Positions 52,203-63,858 of a stretch of 64,000 nucleotides of DNA are shown one piece after another. The notes beneath the pieces were generated by a model. That model ran no database searches. It was given only the letters and a program-made list of their open reading frames with translations, and was not told the origin of the DNA. Where the stretch lies: assembly GCA_002633005.1 (NCBI GenBank), contig NMRA01000021.1, positions 968,298-1,032,297 of the forward strand, written 5' to 3'. The DNA is from Phoronis australis (lineage: Eukaryota > Animalia > Phoronida). Within the stretch, counting starts at the first letter, position 1, and each line of letters starts with the position of its first letter. A program made the translations under genes and the position numbers.

Positions 52203-53786
52203 TTAATTTGCCACACTCTGATCCACCAACTTCAAACTGGACACTAGCAGTACTTGGTCATTCCTTTAGTGGGCAATAAAACTGGTTTGCCCATTCATTT
52301 CGTGCTCGGTGGCACCAAACAAAACACTACGCCTTTTTTCTTTAGCTTTCTGGCAAGAAGTTTTTTTTTCGTCGTCGTGCGCATAAAAATTACCTCAAAT
52401 ATGTATAAACGACTGCCTTCTTTTCGTTAATAAAGTTGCACGTATTGTCAGTGGAACCTGATTTGCGAACGTTTCCATGGTAATTAATTTTTTAATTTGC
52501 TAAATGAAGTATTCCCAATTGATTAATCTGACCATGAAAAAGTAGACAACATAATCGTATTTTATTGGGCAATTTTGACAGCGTTTCCTAAGGTATGGAA
52601 AAATAATCACATTGATGTGGATTTAATTCGTCAAGAGTAACCTAGAATTACGCTGTGTAAAAAACATAAATCAGTTTAATCAAAGTGGTTTGCGCTGAAA
52701 TTCATTTTCTACTTTTTGTAAGGGAGGCGCAAAGAGTATCTTCAACTTGTCTGCGAGGTGTGTAACAATATTTACATTGTTTTGGTCGGAATTATTAAGA
52801 ACAACACTCAGGAATAAAGTCTGAATAACATAAAACACAAAGGAGGAAGTACTCCACGTTTGAAATGTTTCATGTTTTCCACAATTCCAACAACTCCGGC
52901 ACGCGCCATGGTTATTTACAACAGCATGACGTGTGCCTAACGTGAACAATTTTCGGTTGATTGATATGACGATAGGTTACACGGGACCAACGCTATTTAA
53001 TGGAGCTTCGTCCAACTCAGTCAGACCACAGAATTCTGTTCAGGTACGTTTTAAACAGACACTCCTAAATACGCATTCGTTAACAAAACAACTTTTAAAC
53101 AAAACATCACTGAAGCACATATTCTTATGAACAACACCACGCAAGTGCTTCATTTAATTTACAAAAAAATAAAATCGACTTTTCAAGTAGTTTTCATTGC
53201 AGTTTCGTATACTTTTGAAACACTAGAACATTGCATTTGAGCAAAACTTAGCAACATAGGGATACGAATCAAAACACCAACGTCACTGTAAGCAATGATT
53301 AATTCTTAATTTTGGCCTGCCCCATGTCTCAGTGAACGTGACCAGGGTTTGATTAAATTGAATCCATGCATTGAATTGGCCCTGTGGTGTGTCTTGGTTG
53401 TTATGTGCGGTGAGCGTCTCTGGTGAAAGTCGGTGGAAACTCCTGAATTACTGATTTTCGAAATATGTAAATTCACTAACCAACCAAACGAGCGATGACG
53501 TCTTTTTGACGGGCGTTCGGCGCCACCTACGGATCCCATATATTGCGGACGGGAGATTTCAACCTAATGGTATTTACAGCGTTCTAACACCTTGCTTGAT
53601 ATCATCTTGCCCGCAAATTTTCTGTCATGTGCGATGTGGTATACTCCGAGTGAGTGGCTTGCGGAAACGGCAAACCCCTTGAAATATCCGTCAATGAAGG
53701 ACATCATTTCTCAAACATTTCCCACTGCCAAGATTGAAGCATTCGCGACTGCGGAAATAGCTTTCTCGCTTTCTTTGCTCTAGAGA

Positions 53787-53858
53787 CATGCGCCGCGCAT
53801 CAATGAAAAAAGTGGGAGGCTATGGCCCCCCAACCACCCCTATGGTGCACCGCCCATG
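53787..53858. mobile_element. CATGGGCGG mini-MITE, 5-bp TSD AGAGA
   Basis: Same family core; AGAGA at 53782-53786 and 53859-53863. Confidence 0.75.
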
Positions 53859-54975
53859 AGAGAGCGATAGTACGAAAAGACCCCCATTGACGTCTGGTTT
53901 TGTCCTACTTTACCTACTATTTGCCTCACAATTCCTACTTTATCAGAATTTTTGTTAAAAAATACCACGCTGCCTCTCTCACACTGCTTTAATTTAAACA
54001 GCTTGAAAACCTAAATTCATCACTTATTTAGTATACACGAAAACGGTGCAGTTATTTGTCGTGAACGGTGTGATTATTAGAAAGGCTTTTTTGCTATTTT
54101 TGACTATTTTATTGGTTACATGTGACCAAAACATTTAAATGTGTCGGCTAAAATGCCCGAGACATTGTTGCTTATCAGACTGTATCGACACACGGAACAC
54201 TAACTCCACATTTCAACATTTCGCCTTTTTCCAAATTCAAAGGCAAAGAATAAAAAATGATGAAACTAACTGAATTTTAAAATTACACCTATATAAATGA
54301 GGCGGAAAATGTGAAATTAAAATTTCCAGGTGAACGTCCCACGAAACCTATTTTAAAGCTTCTACAGTTGTACGCTCATGGCTATAGTTTGTGTTGTGCA
54401 GAATAAAATGCACATACAAGTAGTGTCAAACAAAATGGGTAGTTACAACACAATGAGTTTAAGTATTAGGGAAACCCACAATTATGGGCTTTGCAAATTT
54501 ATCACAAGCGTACAAAATTCCAATATGAAACCATTCTTGCAAAATGTTCAAATTTGGAAGCACTTAATTTGAAAGATTTCTTTTGCCCAACATTTTCATT
54601 TGGGGCTCATCATTTTTGGTGGATGTCACCCCCGACACCCCTCCCTTCAGGAGAAGTTATGCGGCCGCTGTTGGTAAACTCAACTGCGAGGTGGAGGAAA
54701 CGAAAAACAAAAGAAAAAACATTTACCAGCATCTCACCGAGTTCATTCTTACGAAATCATTGAATGCAGATACAACTTGTATAGGTATAGCGTGTTTAAA
54801 TAGGTTTCATGACGTTTTATTACGCTTCCATCCATTGAACACGACACAAAGGCTATTAATGTTCATGATCGATGCATTTTAACCTATAGGTGTGCAGTCG
54901 AACCGTGTTACAACGGACCTGGACTACAACAAGCTTTCAAATAAACACCTGGAAAGTAAATTTTGCAACATCTGA

Positions 54976-56118
54976 CTAAAATGAATGCCACTCGGTTTGG
55001 TCTTCTAGACTTATCCAAGACGACGTACTTTCCGCGAGACTGCGACGACTATCGCTCGAAACCACAGGCGTGGTTGTTGACGACGTGGACGACACCTTCC
55101 TCTGGCTCTTCTTGCAACAGCCGCTTCGGAAGAGCAGCGCCACTCGTTGTCTAAACTTCGATCCCAAAGCGACGTAGATGAAAAAGTTGACAGTCGCGTT
55201 CAGCACTACCAGCATGTTACTCAATATGTTAAAGTATCTCTGTGGTAAAGGAGCCATCAGTGTGTTTGTCGTATACTGCAAGTGATTTGCACTTATCGGT
55301 ATCTGACAGAGGAGAAAAATCAAGATGATCAGGCATAACATGGCAGTGGTTCGACGTCCGGAGGAAGTAATCGACATCGTTTGTCCTTGTGCCGACAGAT
55401 GGTGCCTCTTCGTATTATTAGTTCTGACAGTAAAATACAGTCTTATGTTGATAACAAATAGAATGAGGATAGGAAGAAGATAAATCAATATCAAATAAAT
55501 CGAAGTAACCCCATAATAATAAATTGGACTGTAGGCCAGAACACCCTTGGTGGGGACGATTTTGAAAGATTTAGAGCATGCATCGTAGATTTTCTTTGTT
55601 TCTGCTGAAAAAAATCGTAAAAAGTTTAGGCCAAAGCTTACAAAGACCGCCACCGCAATTTCAATCTTGACATTCCGCATAATGTTCCAATTCTTTGAGC
55701 GGAGAGGCCAACAAACTGCAATGTATCTGTCAATGGCAACTAGAATCACGAAGAACACGGAGAGAGTTTGAAACATGATACCAAGCGGATACTCGTAGAC
55801 GTCTATATAAGCAATGTTATCGAAGTACTCTTTCAATTCACGCGTATATGGGTAGATGGATCGAAGACATTGATAAAGGATCCCGTGCACGGCCAAATAG
55901 AAGGAGTCCGAAACTGCTAAACAAGTAAGCAGTAGAGATGTAGTTGAATATTTATGCTTTGAAAAGGCAATTATTGAGATGATGTTTACAGTTATACCGA
56001 CCAGGCACAAAACTCCTACGACAACCGTGTCCACGATGAAGGCAAAGAGATCTCCTTCCTCCGGTCCTTCGGAATGGGAACAATTTGTTGATGAGTTATT
56101 GGAGCTTAAACTCTCCAT
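54976..56118 (-). CDS. Intronless class A (rhodopsin-like) GPCR, FMRFamide/peptide-receptor-like, about 380 aa
   Basis: Seven hydrophobic segments with LAVSD (TM2), DRYIAVCWPL (TM3), FLLCQIP (TM6), NATVNFFIY...SKFR (TM7/helix 8), N-glycosylation sequons in NNSSTNCS and a Ser/Thr-rich C-tail. The best-context ATG is at 56118 and an in-frame alternative ATG is at 56232. A likely acceptor (tctttttcag) at 56307-56308 suggests the ORF-track start at 56391 is intronic. Confidence 0.92.
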   Translation of the reverse strand: MESLSSNNSSTNCSHSEGPEEGDLFAFIVDTVVVGVLCLVGITVNIISIIAFSKHKYSTTSLLLTCLAVSDSFYLAVHGILYQCLRSIYPYTRELKEYFDNIAYIDVYEYPLGIMFQTLSVFFVILVAIDRYIAVCWPLRSKNWNIMRNVKIEIAVAVFVSFGLNFLRFFSAETKKIYDACSKSFKIVPTKGVLAYSPIYYYGVTSIYLILIYLLPILILFVINIRLYFTVRTNNTKRHHLSAQGQTMSITSSGRRTTAMLCLIILIFLLCQIPISANHLQYTTNTLMAPLPQRYFNILSNMLVVLNATVNFFIYVALGSKFRQRVALLFRSGCCKKSQRKVSSTSSTTTPVVSSDSRRSLAESTSSWISLEDQTEWHSF

Positions 56119-57053
56119 CTCCAAGCTTTTAAAGCGATTTATGGCAATGGGATTTTTACAATATTTCCCAAAGCTCGACAAAATTTGTTGCGCACAGCTT
56201 AAATTCACTTTCACGGAGTTGTCAGTAAACATAAAGAACTCTCGAGGCCTTTTGATGTTACGACACGACAGACACAAGGCTTGCTTTCTGCTTTGAAAAT
56301 CGTATTCTGAAAAAGATGTCAATAACATTACCCCAAAATCGAGATCCCATTTGTAAAAGAACCTGTATCGTGATTTGTTATAATACGTCACGATGCGTGC
56401 TCTTTTTCACATGAAAATAAACATCGGTTACCGTTGCTTCCTTTAAATACTCAAAATCATTTTTGACATCCGGAATACATGTAAATTATTTTCTATCTTG
56501 ATCACTCAGATTTTTATTTTTAGGCAGATAAACAATGGAAATGTGAACGCAACTCCCAACTAATCAAATAATTGTTTTGGCGTGCTATTAACTGTACATT
56601 TCAAGTATACACACGGCATCCTGTGAACTAATGTTAGCCCCAAAACAGCAAATCAACTACTTACAAGTTAAGGTGAGACACGGTACAATTTGCTTGTTCT
56701 TCAAAAGTCTTTCATTTGTATTGTGCGTTTATCATAGTGTTATAAAATATTAATAACTACAAACAAATAGAAATACCAGCATTTATTTTATAGACTCAAC
56801 GTTGAGCACCTCAAACTGGGCGCGCGTGTAATTTACTATACGTGTTTAGTTATCTAGGCCTACATGTACAGGCATGGCACCTCAGTTTGTGTATTTGTGT
56901 CAAAATAGAACTAATAAACCAGATTCACAAGAAAAACCAGGACAATTTTTTTAACAAACGTTCATATTTCTACTATGTCATGCATGCTGTGGAACCGTTT
57001 CGATTCCGAAGTCCGGCAGCATGAATCTATTAATATCTTTATCCGGGTACCTG

Positions 57054-57194
57054 CAGTAGCGTGCAGAGGAGGATTTCTATTTTATGTTTCATGTTTTTTC
57101 TTTTTCTTAGTATTGGGTCCCGCGCATTTGAGTAGAGAGAAGGGCATCCAATAAAAAATCGGCCTGGGCATCACCAAAGCTCTGCACACTGCTG
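57054..57194. mobile_element. hAT-like MITE
   Basis: TIR CAGTAGCGTGCAGAG / CTCTGCACACTGCTG; imperfect 8-bp TSD GGTACCTG/GGTACATA. Confidence 0.55.
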
Positions 57195-59040
57195 GGTACA
57201 TAGGTCACGTGTAAGTGTAATCTCGTTTACATTTATTGTAGCTTTCAATTTTTCTGTTCCTATTCTGTGAGTCAGATTTCCAATATTTTCATTCTCATCG
57301 GGACCCTATGGGAGAACAATATTGTAATATTGAATGGGTTTTGTCCTGATCTAAATACTTCTTGCCACCTCTATTACCACGTCCACTGCAATAGTAGCAA
57401 ATTATAACAAGCAACATGATCGACACTCTTAATTAAGATGCGTGGCATCTAAACCAAAATTAGGTTAATAAATGTCCTGCGTTGCCATAGGTGACCGCAG
57501 CTATTGCGAAACCCCGTTTGACCCTTTGAAATCAGTACTTCGGGGGTCACACGCGTCCATTGCTTTAGTGAAATCAGATTGTCACGTGGTGAATATCTTG
57601 CCGGTAGGTGGTTGAAACGACACAGTTAGATTTTGATATATTAGTGAGTAAATTGACTAAATGTTTAAATTTCCCTAAATGAACGATCGTTAAGATTTAC
57701 AAAGAAGGTTAATTTAATCAGTCTGTGATCACGTTTCCCGTTCCTGGCGTCGGCCTTGGATCCAGTGTTACACTTGTTATGAGGAGTTTCCTCTTCTCTT
57801 GATCATGCAATCCAGTCTTCCAAGCAGTCTTCACTTGATGAAATGCTTCGGAACTGCAATCATGAAGTTTAGCCCATCGAACATCATATATGTTACAGGA
57901 CCGTAGGAAGCGGGGGGCGGTTTTCAGGTGTCGGGATTAAACCGTGGCAACCAACATACATGTAGGTGTTTGACCGGGGACAGTCGAGAAAAGAAAGACT
58001 GCGAAATACGGATAAGAGAGAAAATTCAAGAGAACATTTAACAACTCCATCTGCATCAGTGCATGGTTTACCTTTTGAGGACCCTGGCCAGGACATTGCC
58101 GTTAGGGTCTCCGCTTTTGCAGCACAGGTCGTCTAAACGCACTTGAAAACATGCACGAAATCAGTCATACATTTATATCGAAAAATCGAGAAAATTTGTA
58201 AAGCGAATTTTAAAGGATTTTTAAATTCAATAAGTCAATTTTGCGAATGCAAAACTATTTTTCCATCTGCCTCTCTCTGAACAGGGATAACGGAGACAAC
58301 TTTCACTTTATTTTTTCTCGAAACTGTATATTACTTGAGAAAATTTGATGACCTGACAGATGACATCAATTGCTGCTATTTGAAAATATAGATATTTTCA
58401 TTTTCAGGGGCCCCGCCCTTGAAGAAGGCCATTGATGACATTCAAGTGGTCACGCTTTTTGTGTTTTTATTGACAAATTTTTAAGGTACCGCCCACGGAG
58501 AGAGGGCACAATGTTGGAATCGATTACCTCTATTTCCTATTTTTTGTGAAATCGTGCAACCGGCTTTCGTAATGAAGGAGGTCACTCCCTGCATCATTTT
58601 GGGAACACACGACGGTGGAATGCACTATCACTCTTTTTCCAAGCTTAATGGTGTTTAGCCTTTCATCTTAAGGTGTCCCATTTCAGACAGTACCCTCTCT
58701 CGTTGGAGCAGTTCGGGGGAAATGTCCTTTTGTCTCTCAAAACTCAAAACATTCTTGCACAGCACAGCCATTCGACCCCAACAACCAAAAATGTGAAAAA
58801 GTACAGCCGCCATCGAAAGGATTGAAATTTGAAGAACGTGAAGACCACTATTTGTGAATTACGCAGAAGGACTATTTCTGGTGGTTAGTTATAAAATAAT
58901 GTTTTTGTTTCCCGTAGTATCACAAGAATAGTACCGATATCTCTTTTGAAGATGGTTACTATGAGTTGTTTGTAAGGAATTCCCACATGTGGAAGACACT
59001 GCTGTGTAGGATACCATTTGTGATGTCGAAAGGGGGCACT

Positions 59041-59152
59041 CCCATTCTTACTCTCCGTGTACTGGTCCTAGGCCCATTCTTACTCTCCGTGTACTGGTCC
59101 TAGGCCCATTCTTACTCTCCGTGTACTGGTCCTAGGCCCATTCTTACTCTCC
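59041..59152. repeat. 32-bp tandem repeat CCCATTCTTACTCTCCGTGTACTGGTCCTAGG, 3.5 copies (again at 61281-61392)
   Basis: Perfect head-to-tail copies without spacers. Confidence 0.95.
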
Positions 59153-59204
59153 ATGTTGGTTCACAATTACTCAACTCTTGATGGTTTCATCCCCTGGATT
59201 GTCC

Positions 59205-59358
59205 CAGGGGCGGATCCAGAATTTTGAGTTGGGGGAGGAGGTAGTGGGCAGGGCAGAGTGTTAGCCAGAGTTTTACCCGTCAGAAATTCGCACCCCCGAA
59301 CTGCCTTGGAGAATTTTAGGGGGCCACGGCCCCTTGGCCACCCCTAAGTCCACCACTG
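59205..59358 (+). mobile_element. CAGGGGCGGATCC-type MITE (TSD TGTCC/TGCCC); duplicated at 61445-61598
   Basis: Same internal motifs as the copy at 38752. Confidence 0.8.
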
Positions 59359-59538
59359 TGCCCCCACCTAGGGCGGACGTGGGAGATTCGGTAGAAATAT
59401 GGTGACATCGGGAGCACGGGGGCGAGGGAGGGGGCGGGGGAGGTAATGGCGATGGGGGAAGGAGTTGTTGGCGAAGTCGAAATGGTTTGTGCCCCCCCCC
59501 TTAATTTTTCCCTTCCTACGGGCCTGTGTTAACATGGA

Positions 59539-59790
59539 TTCAGTCCATCGAATTCTAGATACAATGTATCTTTTTTGAAATTCAGTCCATCGAATTTCTG
59601 CTACAATGTATCGGATTGAAATTCAATCCATCGAATTTCTATAACTTGTGATATTTCTCAGCAAACCAGTAGCATCTCTTCAAGAATATCTGCTATACCT
59701 CTGTAGCAAGCTGGTTGCCTCTCTCCAAGAAATATGTGATACCTCTATAGCAATTTGGTTACCTCTCGTTGGAAATATGCCTTCTTGAGT
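59539..59790. repeat. Two adjacent degenerate ~42-bp minisatellites (again at 61779-62030)
   Basis: ttca(g/a)tccatcgaatt at 59539, 59581 and 59622, then repeated atacctct.tagcaa..tggtt.cctctc units. Confidence 0.75.
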
Positions 59791-59805
59791 AGCTAACGGG
59801 TATAC

Positions 59806-60636
59806 GTAAGCTGTATTGATGAAGGTTCCTGTGAAACAACGCCTGAAGAAGGGTACCATACCGTCGCTGTTGATTCCCGCCAGTGCCCCGTCGCCAACCC
59901 CGAGAAGTGCGTTTTTTAAGCGAAATGACTGGCGAGCTGTGGCCACTACATACAGTGACTGAAGGCACTTCATCTACTGTCATCCGTGCCTCCGAACGTA
60001 CCCCATTGGGTGCCATTCCGGGAACTAGCAGTGATTCGCCCTGTGTTGTTGTCTCTAGCCCCGGCAGAGCCTGTAAGCAGCCTTGCAGCCATGTTGAGCA
60101 GTGGGAGTGAATACAGGCCCAGTTCGACACCCAGTGAAGAGGACAGTTCGTCATCCAATGAACAGATCGGTGAGCCTAAGTTTGATAAGTTTATTGTGGA
60201 CTTGTATTGGAGCTATTTGGAAGGTGCCAGGTGTGTGACGAGGGAGTCACACTGCGGGATGTAAGCAGTTTGGGTGCTCAGATCACCCTCCACTCTAGCA
60301 AGTGGGACAGTTCTTCCTCCGTACACGAGACGATAATGAGTACACCCCAGTACGCAGCAACAGCGTGGCATGTTGACTGACTCGTAAGCAAAAGCAAACG
60401 ACGACCGAACTTATCACAACCGAGGTAAAACAATGACTGACTCGACTGCTCTCACAGTCAGACTATATGAAAAGAAATTGGCGCGAAATTCTTGCCTCCC
60501 AAGACGTCACTTCCGAGGTAGACGACGTGTAATTAATTAAATTACGACAAGCAGTAAATAAGTGAAAAATATGTCTGTGATAATCAACGAACCTTATTTT
60601 TGCTAAAAATGACATGAAAAAAGGTTGCCTTCGCCT
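59806..60636 (+). mobile_element. Second (probably allelic) copy of the Kolobok element, missing its left arm and THAP 5' part
   Basis: Highly similar to about 63006-63858 with scattered SNPs and indels; ends CCTTCGCCT|TTAA and has the same downstream flank (tgataa.taaatgacatgttcat). Confidence 0.85.
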
Positions 60637-62520
60637 TTAATGATAAGTAAATGACATGTTCATNAAGGCCATTGATGACATTCAAGTGGTCACGCTTTTT
60701 GTGTTTTTATTGACAAATTTTTAAGGTACCGCCCACGGAGAGAGGGCACAATGTTGGAATCGATTACCTCTATTTCCTATTTTTTGTGAAATCGTGCAAC
60801 CGGCTTTCGTAATGAAGGAGGTCACTCCCTGCATCATTTTGGGAACACACGACGGTGGAATGCACTATCACTCTTTTTCCAAGCTTAATGGTGTTTAGCC
60901 TTTCATCTTAAGGTGTCCCATTTCAGACAGTACCCTCTCTCGTTGGAGCAGTTCGGGGGAAATGTCCTTTTGTCTCTCAAAACTCAAAACATTCTTGCAC
61001 AGCACAGCCATTCGACCCCAACAACCAAAAATGTGAAAAAGTACAGCCGCCATCGAAAGGATTGAAATTTGAAGAACGTGAAGACCACTATTTGTGAATT
61101 ACGCAGAAGGACTATTTCTGGTGGTTAGTTATAAAATAATGTTTTTGTTTCCCGTAGTATCACAAGAATAGTACCGATATCTCTTTTGAAGATGGTTACT
61201 ATGAGTTGTTTGTAAGGAATTCCCACATGTGGAAGACACTGCTGTGTAGGATACCATTTGTGATGTCGAAAGGGGGCACTCCCATTCTTACTCTCCGTGT
61301 ACTGGTCCTAGGCCCATTCTTACTCTCCGTGTACTGGTCCTAGGCCCATTCTTACTCTCCGTGTACTGGTCCTAGGCCCATTCTTACTCTCCATGTTGGT
61401 TCACAATTACTCAACTCTTGATGGTTTCATCCCCTGGATTGTCCCAGGGGCGGATCCAGAATTTTGAGTTGGGGGAGGAGGTAGTGGGCAGGGCAGAGTG
61501 TTAGCCAGAGTTTTACCCGTCAGAAATTCGCACCCCCGAACTGCCTTGGAGAATTTTAGGGGGCCACGGCCCCTTGGCCACCCCTAAGTCCACCACTGTG
61601 CCCCCACCTAGGGCGGACGTGGGAGATTCGGTAGAAATATGGTGACATCGGGAGCACGGGGGCGAGGGAGGGGGCGGGGGAGGTAATGGCGATGGGGGAA
61701 GGAGTTGTTGGCGAAGTCGAAATGGTTTGTGCCCCCCCCCTTAATTTTTCCCTTCCTACGGGCCTGTGTTAACATGGATTCAGTCCATCGAATTCTAGAT
61801 ACAATGTATCTTTTTTGAAATTCAGTCCATCGAATTTCTGCTACAATGTATCGGATTGAAATTCAATCCATCGAATTTCTATAACTTGTGATATTTCTCA
61901 GCAAACCAGTAGCATCTCTTCAAGAATATCTGCTATATCTCTGTAGCAAGCTGGTTGCCTCTCTCCAAGAAATATCTGATACCTCTATAGCAATTTGGTT
62001 ACCTCTCGTTGGAAATATGCCTTCTTGAGTAGCTAACGGTATACTTACTCAAACAGAATAAAGGTTGGGCGAGTTAGATCAAAACATAAAACCCACAAAC
62101 TTCCTCCAAATGTAATCATAATTCCAAAACAACTCTCGGAACAACATCATAAGATTCCAATTATGAACCTACGCTTTCGCCAAATAAGGTCACGGACAGA
62201 CAAACCTTTAAGTAATTTCTGATGAATAATAACAAGACTATTGTTGTTGCCAGAACTGGCTCACCCCAAAGTTGACCAATTCCGGCGAATTTAAAGTTAT
62301 AACCCTACCAGCATAACAATTAAGAACATGGTCAGAGACAAATATGCTGATTCATTTCCTATGCACTTATTAGAGGCAATAAATTTCAATAAACAACTAA
62401 TACCTTTAATTAATTATCCAAGAACCACTCTATACTTAATTAATACTGATACTTCTCATGCAACATTATTCTCATGTACATAGTTAACCTAAGTTGTAGT
62501 GTAACTGTATCATACTTTAA

Positions 62521-63858
62521 AGGCGAAGGCAACCTTTTCTCATGTCACTTTTAGCAAAAATAAGGTTCATTGATTATCCCAGACACATTTTTCACTTACT
62601 TACAGCTTTTCGTAATTTGATTAATTTCTCGTCCTCTACTCCGGAAGTGACGTTTTGGGAGGCAAGAGTTTTGCGCCAATTTCTTTTCATTATAGTCTGA
62701 CTGTGAGAGGTGTCGAGTCAGTCATTGTTCTACCTCGGTTGTAATAAGTTCGGTCGTCGTTTGCTTTTGTTTACAAGTCAGTCAACATGCCACGTTGTTG
62801 CTGCCTGCCGGGATGTACTCATTATCGTTTCACACGCGCTTTGGGTACCTTGCGTCGCTTTCCGAAGGATGACACACTTCGCCGTACTTGGCTAGCTCGT
62901 TCATGTGAAGAACGCAGCGCTACCCGTCCACGCAAATTACAAAGCAGTGGAGGATTACCGAGTGTGTGGCAAGCATTTTCTGCAATCAGATTATGACAGA
63001 GATATGTACGCTGAATTGATGAAGGTTCCTGCGAAACAACGTCTGAAGAAGGGTACCATACCGTCGCTGTTGATTCCCGGCAGTGCCCCGTCGCCAACCC
63101 CGAGAAGTGCGTTTTTGAAGCGAGAAGCCACGCGAGCTGTGGCCACTACATACAGTGACTTAAGGCACTTCATCTACTGTCGTCACCCGTGGCTCCGAAC
63201 GTACCCCATTGGGTGCAATTCCGGGAACTAGCAGTGATTCGCCCTGTGTTGTTGTCTCTAGCCCCGGCAGTGCCTGTAAGCAGCCTTGCAGCGATGTTGA
63301 GTAGTGGGAGTGAATACAGGCCCAGTTCGACACCCAGTGAAGAGGACAGTTCGTCATCCAATGAACAGATCGATGAGCCTAAGTTTGATAAGTATATTGT
63401 GGACTTGTATTGGAGCTATTTGGAAGGTGCCAGGTGTGTGACGAGGGAAATACACGGCGGGATGTAAGCAGTTTGGGTGCTCAGATCACCCTCCAGTGGG
63501 AGTGTGTCGCGGGTCACTCGAGCAAGTGGGACAGTTCTTCCTCTGTACGTGAGACGATAATGAGTACACCCCAGTACGCAGCAACAGCGTGGCATGTTGA
63601 CTGACTCGTAAGCAAAAGCAAACGACGACCGAACTTATCACAACCGAGGTAAAACAATGACTGACTCGACTGCTCTCACAGTCAGACTATATGAAAAGAA
63701 ATTGACGAAATTCTTGCCTCCCAAAACGTCACTTCCGAGGTAGACGACGATTAATCACTTAAATTACGAAAAGCAGTAAATAAGTGAAAAATATGTCTGG
63801 GATAATCAACGGACCTTATTTTTGCTAAAAATGACATGAAAACAGGTTGCCTTCGCCT
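62521..63858 (+). mobile_element. Kolobok-type DNA transposon, internally deleted, with ~315-bp imperfect TIRs
   Basis: Termini TTAA|AGGCGAAGGCAACC...GGTTGCCTTCGCCT|TTAT (TTAA in the other copy at 60637-60640). Arms 62521-~62837 and ~63545-63858 are reverse complements. It carries a THAP/transposase remnant. TTAA TSD, RR..YY ends and a THAP domain are established Kolobok traits. Confidence 0.85.
62787..63540 (+). pseudogene. Frameshifted, truncated THAP-domain transposase N-terminus (Kolobok-like)
   Basis: THAP C2CH signature split across frames: MPRCCCLPGC...RFPKDDTLRRTWL / RVCGKHFLQSDY...RLKKGTIPSL. It is followed by an acidic Ser-rich linker and KYIV../LELFGRCQVC...GAQITLQWECVAGHSSKWDS. 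At least three frameshifts, and the DDE core is absent. Confidence 0.85.

Noticed and set aside
55979-56296. 105-aa plus-strand ORF
   Set aside because: Antisense shadow of the GPCR coding sequence.
56233-56391. N-terminal extension of the 471-aa GPCR ORF in the ORF track
   Set aside because: It begins at a non-ATG codon and spans a probable splice acceptor at 56307-56308, so it is likely intron or UTR.
59041-59152. 32-bp repeats of CRISPR-like length
   Set aside because: The units are contiguous with no unique spacers, there are no cas genes, and the context is eukaryotic; this is a minisatellite.
59539-59645. Regularly spaced ttcagtccatcgaatt motif resembling a repeat-spacer array
   Set aside because: The intervening segments resemble each other (tacaatgtatc...tgaaa), so it is a degenerate tandem repeat.
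62787-63231. Domesticated host THAP transcription-factor gene
   Set aside because: The THAP domain is frameshifted and sits between TIRs with a TTAA-type TSD, so it is a transposon relic.
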